Assembly: GCA_016930315.1 (NCBI GenBank)
Contig: JAFGGX010000024.1
Location: 1 to 55,184 of the forward strand
Length of the DNA: 55,184 nt
From: Candidatus Buchananbacteria bacterium
GTDB lineage: Bacteria > Patescibacteriota > Patescibacteriia > Buchananbacterales > UBA6539
Direction of reading: 5' to 3'
Each line of letters begins with the position of its first letter. The first letter of the stretch is position 1. Positions 35,488 to 45,907 of this stretch are shown piece after piece. Made by a program: the position numbers and the translations under genes. Below the pieces are notes generated by a model. It saw nothing but the letters and a program-made list of their open reading frames with translations. It made no database searches and was not told where the DNA came from.

Positions 35488-36363
35488 TTAAGTAACCGTA
35501 ACTTCCAAGGCGTATTCGATTGCGTCGCGATACCGACGAGCAGCACTGGCCGCTTCAGTTGTAAAATCACTGCGCTGGCTGCTAGCATGAGTAATCGCGC
35601 TGGAGACATTAACGAGGAACTGAAAGTGCCTCGCATGCCGAACCGTCTCGACGATATCACCGCCCTGTTTACCAATGCCCGGCAAAAGTAGCGTGGTGGT
35701 TTCGGGGATGAACCCTACAAGAGAAGCAATCTCTTGGGGTTTGGTTGCCCCCATGACCAAGCCAACGTTGGCGGTTCCTTCTTGCTCTTGCCGAGCTGTT
35801 TCTACCGCCACTTTCTGCCACAGTTTGGGGTTTTTGATCGAATATTCTGCACCGTCGAAACCATGGAGAGGTTCGGACAAAGTACAATCCTGGTAGTCCG
35901 CTGCGCCGGGGTTAGAGGTACGCGCCAGGACAAAAATCCCGCACTCAGGTCCGTATTCCAGCCAAGGTCCCAGAGTATCCAACCCCATATACGGATTGAC
36001 CGTCGCGGCATCTGCTCCCAACGCTTTGAACATTTCGGCGACGTACGCTTTGGCCGAAGCGGCAATGTCGCCCCTTTTACCATCGACAATCACCGGCGTT
36101 TTGAATTTAACCTGGATTTCACCAATCAACTCGGGCAAGATCTCCGTCGCATTGAGCGCGGCGAGAAAGCCGAAATTGAGCTCGAAAGCGCAGGCGAATT
36201 CCGCCGTCGCTTTTACGATATCCAGACAAAACGCCAAAACGCTTCTGGCCCGATCCGGATCGACGTGTTCAGGCAACTTGTCTCGGTTCGGATCGATGCC
36301 GACACACAGCCTGGTCTTGCGTCCTTTTTGCACTGCAAGAACGCGGTCTCTGAAAGAGGCCAT
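35488..36363 (-). CDS. pyrF: orotidine-5'-phosphate decarboxylase, type 2 (long form)
   Basis: 291 aa. LCVGIDPN and VDGKRGDIAASA motifs. AAAGGAG RBS. GC-rich codons. Confidence 0.85.
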   Translation of the reverse strand: MASFRDRVLAVQKGRKTRLCVGIDPNRDKLPEHVDPDRARSVLAFCLDIVKATAEFACAFELNFGFLAALNATEILPELIGEIQVKFKTPVIVDGKRGDIAASAKAYVAEMFKALGADAATVNPYMGLDTLGPWLEYGPECGIFVLARTSNPGAADYQDCTLSEPLHGFDGAEYSIKNPKLWQKVAVETARQEQEGTANVGLVMGATKPQEIASLVGFIPETTTLLLPGIGKQGGDIVETVRHARHFQFLVNVSSAITHASSQRSDFTTEAASAARRYRDAIEYALEVTVT

Positions 36364-36435
36364 GACTTAAACTCCTTTCCGGTTGATGGTTAACCACTGG
36401 CGTGGCCGATTAAAATCACCTCACGTTCTCGCGAC

Positions 36436-37218
36436 TTAAGCCGCTCCAATCAATTTTGCCCAATCCTTTTTCGGGTCAGTGATCGCCTCGCTGCCGGCTT
36501 CACAGTAGGGACAGTTGTCGCGTTCGTAGTTCGGAACGTCGATCTTCAAAACTGGCAGAATAATACTGTCTCCGGCCCTGTTGGGAGCGGCTAAATCCGC
36601 CGGTCGGTAAATCAAGACCGGCGTATACCCAAAAAACTCCACGGCCGGGTTGGCTTGACGAATAGCAGCCTGAACGGCCTCGGGTGTACCACAAGTCGTA
36701 GTCAGTTCCTCGACATTAAGTACCACTTCGCCGGATGGGATGGCGCACTTCTGCCAGAGTTGAGTCTTGCCCTTCGGATCCGATGGGTCCTTTTGCAATG
36801 GATGCCAGTTTTTACCCAAAAGCGTCGCCACAGCGAAGGACAAGCCGATGGCCGAAGTTGCCGAGCCGGCCACCCATTGGAAATCACACGGATTGATACC
36901 TGAGGCTTGCATTTCATGGACAATTGCTTTGGCCATAAACATACAGAGAGCAGCATTACGTAAAACCATGGGACAGTTATAGTACGCCCCGCTGTGCAGC
37001 CCACTGCGCAAAACCACATGCGCGATATCCGGATGTTTCACTTCATGATCGGCCATTTCACAGTCAGGATGACGCCAACCCGCCTGGCAAGCACTGAAAA
37101 CAGACTCAACCAAGTCGGGTGTTGCATCTTCGATACCCAAACAGGAAACGATAGACATGGCGGTCCTAAGATCACCACGTCTAATCGCATCAAGGAATGG
37201 AATCTTCGGTTCAGACAT
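36436..37218 (-). CDS. type I phosphoribosyltransferase, orotate-PRTase-like
   Basis: 260 aa. LRSGLHSGAYYN resembles the PyrE substrate loop. VVLNVEELTTTCGT resembles a PRPP-binding motif. C-terminal CPYC. Immediately upstream of pyrF. Confidence 0.5.
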   Translation of the reverse strand: MSEPKIPFLDAIRRGDLRTAMSIVSCLGIEDATPDLVESVFSACQAGWRHPDCEMADHEVKHPDIAHVVLRSGLHSGAYYNCPMVLRNAALCMFMAKAIVHEMQASGINPCDFQWVAGSATSAIGLSFAVATLLGKNWHPLQKDPSDPKGKTQLWQKCAIPSGEVVLNVEELTTTCGTPEAVQAAIRQANPAVEFFGYTPVLIYRPADLAAPNRAGDSIILPVLKIDVPNYERDNCPYCEAGSEAITDPKKDWAKLIGAA

Positions 37219-37239
37219 GAGTCTAATCCTACCTTTCTC

Positions 37240-37273
37240 AAAAAAATGTAAAGGAGCGCGAAATGCCCTCCTT
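37240..37273 (-). promoter_or_regulatory. terminator-like hairpin in the 5' leader of the pyrE-like gene (candidate attenuator)
   Basis: Minus strand reads aaggag-N11-ctcctt followed by tacattttttt, located between the promoter and the RBS. Confidence 0.3.
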
Positions 37274-37291
37274 GATGTTCACTTATCAAAA

Positions 37292-37320
37292 AGATTAGTC
37301 TTTTTAAACCAACAAGTCAA
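37292..37320 (-). promoter_or_regulatory. promoter of the pyrE-like/pyrF unit
   Basis: Minus strand reads TTGACT-N17-TAATCT. Confidence 0.5.
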
Positions 37321-37391
37321 CTAATTTTCGAAATTCATTTTTGCTAAAATTAGCCATAAAAAAATAAAAATCAAGGAGTAAACCTCGACCC

Positions 37392-37420
37392 TTGACACTT
37401 TAGCCTATCTAACTTAGAAT
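37392..37420 (+). promoter_or_regulatory. promoter of the ATP synthase operon
   Basis: TTGACA-N17-TAGAAT. Confidence 0.55.
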
Positions 37421-37515
37421 ATTGGTGTTTTTAATGGCCAAAAATCAACGCTTTTAATTTACAAAAGCGTTAAAAAATTGTATAATTTGAATTCGAAATA
37501 CTTAAATCAACGAAA

Positions 37516-37830
37516 ATGGCCATCAATAGAAAAGAACTTTGGCAAATCGGCGCAACCTTTTTTGGCATCATTTCCGCTTGGGTGGCCGCGCCAATCGTTT
37601 TAGCCTTGTTTGTCGGCAGCTGGCTGGATAACAGATACCAAACTGCTCCCTGGTGGACATTAGGCCTAGTATTATCTGCCTTTGTTATTTCTAATATCGG
37701 CATTTATCAAGAAAGTAAAAAATTACTTAATAAATTAGACCAAACTAAAACTAAAAACACCGTTTCTAAAACTTTGAATCAAAATGACCGAAACCAATCA
37801 CAATCCGGAGACACAAGTCAGCCAAGATAA
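37516..37830 (+). CDS. AtpZ/AtpI-like small membrane protein
   Basis: 104 aa with two TM helices. First gene of the atp operon. Confidence 0.6.
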   Translation: MAINRKELWQIGATFFGIISAWVAAPIVLALFVGSWLDNRYQTAPWWTLGLVLSAFVISNIGIYQESKKLLNKLDQTKTKNTVSKTLNQNDRNQSQSGDTSQPR

Positions 37831-38710
37831 TATTGATAACGTCGCTGTTGAACACGAAATCCAAATCGACGAACATCAAGAAATCAGCCATGAATCAACT
37901 TTATTTGCTGAACCAATTTTCAATCTTGGAAACTTTACTATCACCAATTCCCTGCTCAATTCCTGGATTGCCATTTTCATCATCATCGTTTTATCTTTTA
38001 TTATCAAAATAAAATTAAAAAAAATTCCGGGCAAACTCCAAAGTTACGTTGAAGTGATTATCGACGGTACCCTTAATCTAGCCGATTCGGTCACCGGCTC
38101 TCGCGAAAAATCACTCAAATTTTTACCGGTTGTTTTCCCGCTTTTTATTTTTATTCTTTTAAACAACTGGCTGGGCCTTTTACCGGGCGTCGGTTCAATC
38201 GGCTATATTGCAGCTGAACACGGCGAATTGGTTTTTGTGCCGTTTTTGCGCGGCGCCACTGCAGACTTAAACACTACTTTAGCCTTATCGATTTTTGCAG
38301 TCATCGCTACTCATATTTTTAGTGTTTTTACCACCAGTTTTTGGAAATATTTAAACCGGTTTATCGGTATCGACTTAATTACGGTTATCCCAAGAAAAAT
38401 TTTTAAAGAAAAAGATTATTCTGCTTTACTGGTTCACCCAATCAAATTTTTTGTCGGCATTGTTGAAATTGTTGGCGAGTTGGCTAAAGTCGCCTCGCTT
38501 TCCTTTCGGTTATTCGGCAATATTTTTGCCGGCGAAGTTTTGATGGGCGCTATGGCTGCAATCTTTGCTTATGCTTTGCCAATCCCGTTTATGTTTTTAG
38601 AATTGATTGTCGGTATTATCCAAGCCCTGATTTTTGCTATGCTGACCTTGGTATTTTTGACCGTGTTAACTACCGATCATGATGAACATGAAGAACAGCC
38701 AACTCACTAA
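37784..38710 (+). CDS. atpB: F0F1 ATP synthase subunit a
   Basis: 308 aa. LSFRLFGNIFAGE carries the conserved Arg motif. The acidic N-terminal extension makes the exact start uncertain. Confidence 0.88.
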   Translation: MTETNHNPETQVSQDNIDNVAVEHEIQIDEHQEISHESTLFAEPIFNLGNFTITNSLLNSWIAIFIIIVLSFIIKIKLKKIPGKLQSYVEVIIDGTLNLADSVTGSREKSLKFLPVVFPLFIFILLNNWLGLLPGVGSIGYIAAEHGELVFVPFLRGATADLNTTLALSIFAVIATHIFSVFTTSFWKYLNRFIGIDLITVIPRKIFKEKDYSALLVHPIKFFVGIVEIVGELAKVASLSFRLFGNIFAGEVLMGAMAAIFAYALPIPFMFLELIVGIIQALIFAMLTLVFLTVLTTDHDEHEEQPTH

Positions 38711-38778
38711 GTCTAATTAATTTATTAAATAATTACTAAATAATTTGCAGCTTTAAAACTGCAAAATAAAAGGAGTAA

Positions 38779-38994
<216 letters not shown>

Positions 38995-39023
38995 TAGCGA
39001 TTTTAGAGTCGGCATTTCTCGCT

Positions 39024-39047
39024 GTCATTCCCGCGAAAGCGGGAATC
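39024..39047. repeat. gtcattcccgcgaaagcgggaatc hairpin repeat
   Basis: Same 24-mer as 16542-16565. Confidence 0.75.
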
Positions 39048-39097
39048 CACTATAGGATACAAAGAAGTGCTGACCAATAAAATCATTATTAAAAATT

Positions 39098-39601
39098 ATG
39101 GATCAAATTATTTCTACTTTTCATATCGACTGGCATCTAATGCTGGCCCAACTTTTTAACTTTGTACTCGTAGCGCTCGTGCTTTGGTTTTTCGTTTTTA
39201 AACCGCTAAACAAAATCATGGCCGAACGCGGGCAAAAAATCGAAAAAAGCTTGCAAGAGGCCGAGGAAATTTCTGCCAAACTCAAATCAACCGAACAGCA
39301 AAATGCTGAAATTATTGCCAATGGCCATAAAGAAGCCCAAAGAATCATCCAAGAATCAAAACTAACCGCCGAAAACCAACAGAAAAAAACTGTCGAAGAA
39401 ACTCAAATCAAAGTCAGACAAATTGTTGAAGAATCAAAAAAACAAATTGCTCAACACAAAGATCAAATGATTAAAGAAGTGGAAGGCCGGGTGGTTGATT
39501 TGGTGGTTTTAGCCAGCCAACAAGTTTTGAAAAAAGTCACTGACAAAAAAATTGATAAAAGTTTAGCCGACACGGCCGTAAAAGCAATCAGCAAAAAATA
39601 A
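39098..39601 (+). CDS. atpF: F0F1 ATP synthase subunit b
   Basis: 167 aa. N-terminal TM then a long charged helix. Confidence 0.88.
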   Translation: MDQIISTFHIDWHLMLAQLFNFVLVALVLWFFVFKPLNKIMAERGQKIEKSLQEAEEISAKLKSTEQQNAEIIANGHKEAQRIIQESKLTAENQQKKTVEETQIKVRQIVEESKKQIAQHKDQMIKEVEGRVVDLVVLASQQVLKKVTDKKIDKSLADTAVKAISKK

Positions 39602-39607
39602 TTTGTT

Positions 39608-40006
39608 ATGAAAACCAACACTAAACATTATGCCATTGCCCTCTACCAGGCTTTAAAAGAGACCAAAGCCAGTGAGAATCAAACGATTTTAGAAAATTTT
39701 GTTAATCTATTGGCCGAAAAACATATTTTAAGTCAGGCTAGACAAATTATTAAAGATTTCAAAAAATATTATAACCAGCAAGAAGGCTTAATTGAAGTGA
39801 CTGTCAGTAGCGCCGAAAAAATATCAACTGCCGAAGAAAAACAAATCGCCGAAGAAATTAAAAAAACTACCCACCTGAAAGCCGAAATCACTAACGAGGT
39901 TGACCCGGAATTAATTGGCGGTTTAAAACTTGAATTTGCCGACCTGGTGGTAGATGGCAGTTTAAAAAATAGTCTTAACAATTTAAAAACTACTCTTAAA
40001 AGTTAA
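39608..40006 (+). CDS. atpH: F0F1 ATP synthase subunit delta (short form)
   Basis: 132 aa. Position between b and alpha. C-terminal GGLKLEFADLVVDGSLK is OSCP-like. Confidence 0.8.
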   Translation: MKTNTKHYAIALYQALKETKASENQTILENFVNLLAEKHILSQARQIIKDFKKYYNQQEGLIEVTVSSAEKISTAEEKQIAEEIKKTTHLKAEITNEVDPELIGGLKLEFADLVVDGSLKNSLNNLKTTLKS

Positions 40007-40017
40007 AATAAAAGTTT

Positions 40018-41547
40018 ATGGATAAAAATCAAATTGTCGAAAATTTAACCGCCCAGATTAAAAAATTTGAAAACAAAGTCAGCGTTCAAAAAGTTGGCAG
40101 CGTTTTTGAAGTCGGCGACGGGATTGCCAAAATTTCCGGCTTGTCCGACGTCATGGCCGGCGAAATTCTGGATTTTGGCGATGGCGTGATGGGCGTAGCC
40201 TTAAACCTAGAAGAAGATTTTATCGGCGCGATGGTTTTAGGTGAAACTCAGAAAATCACCGAAGGTGCAACTGTTAAAAGTACCGGCCGCATTTTGGAAG
40301 TACCGGTTGGCCAAGCCGTAGTTGGTCGGGTGGTCAATCCTTTGGGCGTAGCCATTGACGGCAAGGGCGATATCAAGGCTGATAAATTTTATCCGGTTGA
40401 AAAAATTGCTCCACGCGTGATCACCAGAAAAGGCGTAAACACTCCTTTGCAAACCGGCATTAAAGCAATTGACTCGATGATTCCAATCGGCCGCGGTCAA
40501 CGGGAATTAATTATCGGCGACCGCCAAACCGGTAAAACCGCTTTAGCTATTGATACTATTATCAACCAAAAAGGCCAAGGCGTCACTTGTATTTATGTGG
40601 CCATTGGTCAAAAAGAATCAAAGATTGCTCAAATCGTTGCTGAATTAACTCAACGCGGTGCGATGGATTACACCACGATTGTCCTCGCTGGTGCTTCTGA
40701 CCCAGCGCCACTACTTTATATTGCTCCATTTGCCGGTTGTGCCATGGGTGAATATTTCATGGATCAAGGCCAAGATGTTTTAGTAGTCTACGACGATTTA
40801 TCTAAACACGCGGTTGCTTATCGTGAAGTTTCGTTACTACTCCGCCGCCCACCAGGCCGCGAAGCTTACCCGGGCGATATTTTCTATCTGCACTCAAGAT
40901 TACTCGAACGTTCCGCTCGTTTAAACGAAGACTACGGCGGCGGCTCATTAACCGCTTTGCCAATTATTGAAACTCAGGCGGGCGATATTTCCGCTTATAT
41001 TCCAACCAATGTGATTTCGATTACCGACGGTCAAATCTTTTTGGAAAGCGACTTGTTCTACCAAGGTGTTCGGCCAGCGATGAACACTGGCTTATCGGTT
41101 TCCCGGGTCGGTTCAGCCGCTCAAATCAAAGCGATGAAAAAAGTCGCCGGTAAATTAAAATTAGATATGGCTCAATATCGTGAATTAGCCGCTTTTGCTC
41201 AATTCGGTTCAGATTTGGATGAATCCACCAGAAAACAAATTCATCGGGGAATGCGCTTAACCGAGATCCTCAAACAAGGCCAATACGCTCCGCTGCCAGT
41301 TGAACAAGAAGTAGTGATTCTTTATACCGCCATTAACGGCTACTTGGATGACGTGCCGGTTGAAAAAATCAAAGACTTCGAAACCGGATTACTCGAATAC
41401 TTCACCGGCCAAGCCCAAGAAGTCTTAAAACTAATTGCCACCCAGAAAGAAATCACCGAAGAAATTGAAAACAAAATTAAACAAGCACTGGACAGCTATA
41501 AACAAACTTTAGATTATTTAATTAAAGCCGAAGAACCAGCCAAATAG
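40018..41547 (+). CDS. atpA: F0F1 ATP synthase subunit alpha
   Basis: 509 aa. GDRQTGKT Walker A. Confidence 0.97.
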   Translation: MDKNQIVENLTAQIKKFENKVSVQKVGSVFEVGDGIAKISGLSDVMAGEILDFGDGVMGVALNLEEDFIGAMVLGETQKITEGATVKSTGRILEVPVGQAVVGRVVNPLGVAIDGKGDIKADKFYPVEKIAPRVITRKGVNTPLQTGIKAIDSMIPIGRGQRELIIGDRQTGKTALAIDTIINQKGQGVTCIYVAIGQKESKIAQIVAELTQRGAMDYTTIVLAGASDPAPLLYIAPFAGCAMGEYFMDQGQDVLVVYDDLSKHAVAYREVSLLLRRPPGREAYPGDIFYLHSRLLERSARLNEDYGGGSLTALPIIETQAGDISAYIPTNVISITDGQIFLESDLFYQGVRPAMNTGLSVSRVGSAAQIKAMKKVAGKLKLDMAQYRELAAFAQFGSDLDESTRKQIHRGMRLTEILKQGQYAPLPVEQEVVILYTAINGYLDDVPVEKIKDFETGLLEYFTGQAQEVLKLIATQKEITEEIENKIKQALDSYKQTLDYLIKAEEPAK

Positions 41548-41553
41548 AAATCT

Positions 41554-42465
41554 ATGGCCTTGTCGACTAAAATCATCAAAAAAAGAATCCGTTCAATTGG
41601 TAACACCAAAAAAATTACCAAAGCAATGGAAATGGTTTCGGCCGCTAAAATGCGCAAAGCAGTTAACGCTGTTTTGTCGTCTCGGCATTATTCCAAAACC
41701 GCTTGGCAAACCGTGATGAACTTAGTCCAAAAAATTGATGCCACTCACCATCCCCTACTCCAACCAAAAGAAAAAATTGAAACCGCGGCCATTATTTTAA
41801 TTTCTGGCAACAAAGGGTTATGCGGCGGCTTTAATTCCCATGCTGTAGCCAAAGCGCTTGAATACAGCCGGGAATTAAAAGAAAAAGGAGTTGAAAAACA
41901 AAATTGGATTGTAATGGGTAAAAAAGGCGGCGAGAGTTTAACTAGAAGCAAAAAAAATATTGAACTAGATTTTGTCAAACCCGATTTAATTGAAGGTGTA
42001 GCCGATGTTTTGGATTTAAGTAAGATGATGATTCAAGGTTATTTAACTGGCCAATACGACCAGGTTTCGATCGTTTATACCGACTTTACTTCTCCGCTCA
42101 AACAAGAGCCGATGGTCAAACAATTACTCCCGTTAACTCAAAGCCCGGATGAAAGCCTGGGTCAAACTGCCGGCACCAAGGAAGAAAAACCATCAGCCGA
42201 TACTAACGAGTATATTTTTGAACCGGACATCAAAAAAGTTTTAAATCATTTTTTACCGCGTTTAATTGAAGTCCAGCTTTATCAAGCTTTGTTGGAATCA
42301 AACGCTTCCGAACATTCCGCCCGGATGATGGCGATGAAAAACGCCAGTGAATCAGCTAACGACATGATTGCCGAATTAACTTTAATTTATAATCAAGCGC
42401 GTCAAGCCAGCATTACCAGAGAAATCGCTGAGATTTCCGGCGGTAAGGCAGCGATTGAAGCTTAA
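41554..42465 (+). CDS. atpG: F0F1 ATP synthase subunit gamma
   Basis: 303 aa. ITKAMEMVSAAKMRKA N-terminus and ITREIAEISGG C-terminus. Confidence 0.95.
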   Translation: MALSTKIIKKRIRSIGNTKKITKAMEMVSAAKMRKAVNAVLSSRHYSKTAWQTVMNLVQKIDATHHPLLQPKEKIETAAIILISGNKGLCGGFNSHAVAKALEYSRELKEKGVEKQNWIVMGKKGGESLTRSKKNIELDFVKPDLIEGVADVLDLSKMMIQGYLTGQYDQVSIVYTDFTSPLKQEPMVKQLLPLTQSPDESLGQTAGTKEEKPSADTNEYIFEPDIKKVLNHFLPRLIEVQLYQALLESNASEHSARMMAMKNASESANDMIAELTLIYNQARQASITREIAEISGGKAAIEA

Positions 42466-42486
42466 ATTTATCAAAAATAATTTTAA

Positions 42487-43875
<1,389 letters not shown>

Positions 43876-43877
43876 AA

Positions 43878-44300
43878 ATGAGCACTAACACTCTCCATTT
43901 CAAAATTGTCACGCCGGAAAAAATCGTCTACGAAAGCGACGCCAAGCAAGTGACCGTACCAACCGAATCCGGTGAAATTACGGTTTTGCCAAACCACATC
44001 GCTTTAGTTTCGGTTTTAATGCCAGGTGAATTAGTAGTGGTTGATAGCCAACCAGTCTATATGGCTGTTTCCGGTGGCTTTATTGAAGTGGCTAATAATC
44101 AAATCACTATCCTAGCTGACACAGCCGAACGCGCCGAAGAAATTGATGAAAAAAAAGCGCAAGAAGCACACCGAAGAGCTCAACAACTACTCACTGAAGC
44201 TCGCAATAAGACAGATGTTGACTTTTCTGCTCTAAGTGCTAAACTCGAGAAAGAGTTAGCGCGACTTAAGGTCGCTAGGAGGAAGAAATATCGGCAATAA
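43878..44300 (+). CDS. atpC: F0F1 ATP synthase subunit epsilon
   Basis: 140 aa. Typical beta-sandwich N-terminus and helical C-terminus. Confidence 0.92.
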   Translation: MSTNTLHFKIVTPEKIVYESDAKQVTVPTESGEITVLPNHIALVSVLMPGELVVVDSQPVYMAVSGGFIEVANNQITILADTAERAEEIDEKKAQEAHRRAQQLLTEARNKTDVDFSALSAKLEKELARLKVARRKKYRQ

Positions 44301-44331
44301 GCCGATTCTAATCATCAAAAAGGATTAACCT

Positions 44332-44802
44332 ATGCATCTTGCAACAGTAATCTGGACTCTCGTCATCTGTATGGATAACCGTCTTCAGGGACGTAATGCG
44401 GAAAAGATCGCGGACTTTTTTGGGATCAAACCAGGCCAGTTTGAAGGCCTCACCTATGCTGACCCATCGTTGTGGATTACCAACCCTCACCGCTGGTGGC
44501 ACCGGCTAACCTTCTGGTGGTTGCTTTGGAGAGTTTCCGTTAAGGCTCATCACGTCAAAGGGGTGGTACTGACCGGCCATTCAGGCTGTGGCGGCTGTAA
44601 AATCAAGCGAGGCAACCTTGATCCAGCCACCGAAAAACGACTAATCATCGCCGACCTGAGAAGATCCGCCACCAAGATCAAAAGACATTATCCTCACCTG
44701 GAAGTCAGAATCGGATTTGTTACCATTCACGATGACAAACCCACTCTAGGCGCTGAAGAGCTACCCGAAATCACCATTGAGGAAATCCCTTTAGCCGCCT
44801 AA
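44332..44802 (+). CDS. GC-rich beta-carbonic-anhydrase-like zinc protein (short form)
   Basis: 156 aa. C13-M-D15-N-R17 and VVLTGH83SGC86GG match the two beta-CA signature patterns (CxDxR and HxxC). Lies 31 nt after atpC with no intervening terminator or promoter. Confidence 0.5.
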   Translation: MHLATVIWTLVICMDNRLQGRNAEKIADFFGIKPGQFEGLTYADPSLWITNPHRWWHRLTFWWLLWRVSVKAHHVKGVVLTGHSGCGGCKIKRGNLDPATEKRLIIADLRRSATKIKRHYPHLEVRIGFVTIHDDKPTLGAEELPEITIEEIPLAA

Positions 44803-44835
44803 CCAAAAAGGCGGCCACAACTGACCGACTCCAAT

Positions 44836-44873
44836 GCCGTCCCCCAGGCTCCTGCGGGGACGGCTTTCTTTTT
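44836..44873 (+). terminator. intrinsic terminator ending the atp + CA-like transcript
   Basis: gccgtcccc (44836-44844) pairs with ggggacggc (44856-44864), followed by tttcttttt. Confidence 0.7.
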
Positions 44874-44896
44874 GGTACGATTTTTAATCAAAACTT

Positions 44897-45016
44897 CTAA
44901 TAACAACACTCGCAAGCTGGTTTGCCCGAACCACAATCGCAGGGTTCGTAAGCACCGCAACACTCGCCGTAGGGCTTACCCGAACCGCATGGGCAATCCT
45001 CATCTAAATGTGGCAT
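44897..45016 (-). CDS. 39-aa mini-protein made of two SEC-C-type metal-binding motifs
   Basis: Not in the ORF track. My translation is MPHLDEDCPCGSGKPYGECCGAYEPCDCGSGKPACECCY. CPCGSGKxYxxCC is the SecA C-terminal (SEC-C) motif. The ATG lies 3 nt after the tatD stop. Confidence 0.55.
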   Translation of the reverse strand: MPHLDEDCPCGSGKPYGECCGAYEPCDCGSGKPACECCY

Positions 45017-45019
45017 AGT

Positions 45020-45823
45020 CTATTTTAGACCAAATAATTTAATTGCGTTTTGGCTAGTTGCCTCCACAACTTCATTATAAGAAATTTGTCTAATTTCAGC
45101 AATATGCTCAGCCACATATCTAACATATTGCGGTTGATTACTTTTACCCCGAAAAGGTTCGGGTGCCAAATACGGCGAATCTGTTTCAATTAACAATTTA
45201 TCTAAAGGAATCTGTTTGGCGACTTCTTTTAGCTCTTTAGCATTTTTAAAAGTGACAACACCAGTAAAGCCAACATAAAAACCTAACTCTAAAAACTTCT
45301 TTGCTTCCTCTAAACTACCGCCAAAACAATGAATCACCCCTCTTATCTCTTTATCTCTATATTGCTTTATTACTTGCAATATTTCCTGATACGCATTCTT
45401 ACTCCCATCTTTACTATTACGCGCGTGAACAATCAAGGCCAAATCATTTTTTCTGGCCAAATCAATATGTTGGAGAAAAACTTCTTTTTGCTTTTCAAAA
45501 TTTGAATCAAGATGATAAAAATCTATTCCTGTCTCCCCCAGCGCAACGACTCTCTTTGAACTGTCAATTAATCGCTGATAATCATCAACATTAAACTCTT
45601 CTGGATGAAATTGTCCACCCAAAACATGGAGTGGATGCAAGCCAACAGCTGCAAAAATTCCTTGGGGAAAACTTTCAGCAATCTCAACTGCTTTTTTGCT
45701 GGTGGCCAATTGGGCGCCAATGTTAATCACCCACACGTCATTAGCTAAACAGTCCTGAGCCACTTGCCGCCAGGACTGATCGAAACCTTCAAAATTAAGA
45801 TGGGCGTGTGAATCAATTAGCAT
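45020..45823 (-). CDS. tatD: TatD family metal-dependent hydrolase/DNase
   Basis: Start set at MLIDSHAHLNF (ATG at 45823). The four upstream codons in the track belong to the adjacent hairpin repeat. Confidence 0.9.
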   Translation of the reverse strand: MLIDSHAHLNFEGFDQSWRQVAQDCLANDVWVINIGAQLATSKKAVEIAESFPQGIFAAVGLHPLHVLGGQFHPEEFNVDDYQRLIDSSKRVVALGETGIDFYHLDSNFEKQKEVFLQHIDLARKNDLALIVHARNSKDGSKNAYQEILQVIKQYRDKEIRGVIHCFGGSLEEAKKFLELGFYVGFTGVVTFKNAKELKEVAKQIPLDKLLIETDSPYLAPEPFRGKSNQPQYVRYVAEHIAEIRQISYNEVVEATSQNAIKLFGLK

Positions 45824-45830
45824 AGAAAGT

Positions 45831-45907
45831 GTCATTGCGAGGAGTGAAACGACGAAGCAATCTCTTTTTAGATTGCTTCGCCCCGCTTAGGCGGGTCTCG
45901 CAATGAC
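45831..45907. repeat. MITE-like hairpin element with 11-bp terminal inverted repeats
   Basis: Termini gtcattgcgag...ctcgcaatgac. Inner perfect hairpin cgaagcaatct-cttttt-agattgcttcg, plus cccgc-ttag-gcggg. Confidence 0.7.

Noticed and set aside
35669-36393. Multiple long ORFs overlapping pyrF on both strands (35734..36393 +, 35996..36370 +, 35802..36089 -, 35669..35887 -). There are analogous ones over the PRTase gene (36500..37019, 36655..36982, 36994..37289).
   Set aside because: These are GC-rich antisense and off-frame artefacts. The pyrF and PRTase frames carry recognisable catalytic motifs and SDs.
37251-37300. Plus-strand mini-ORF (AAGGAG-N6-ATG, MPSLMFTYQKD) antisense to the pyrE-like leader.
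   Set aside because: The apparent SD is simply one arm of the leader hairpin. There is no + strand promoter, and a 10-codon ORF is expected by chance.
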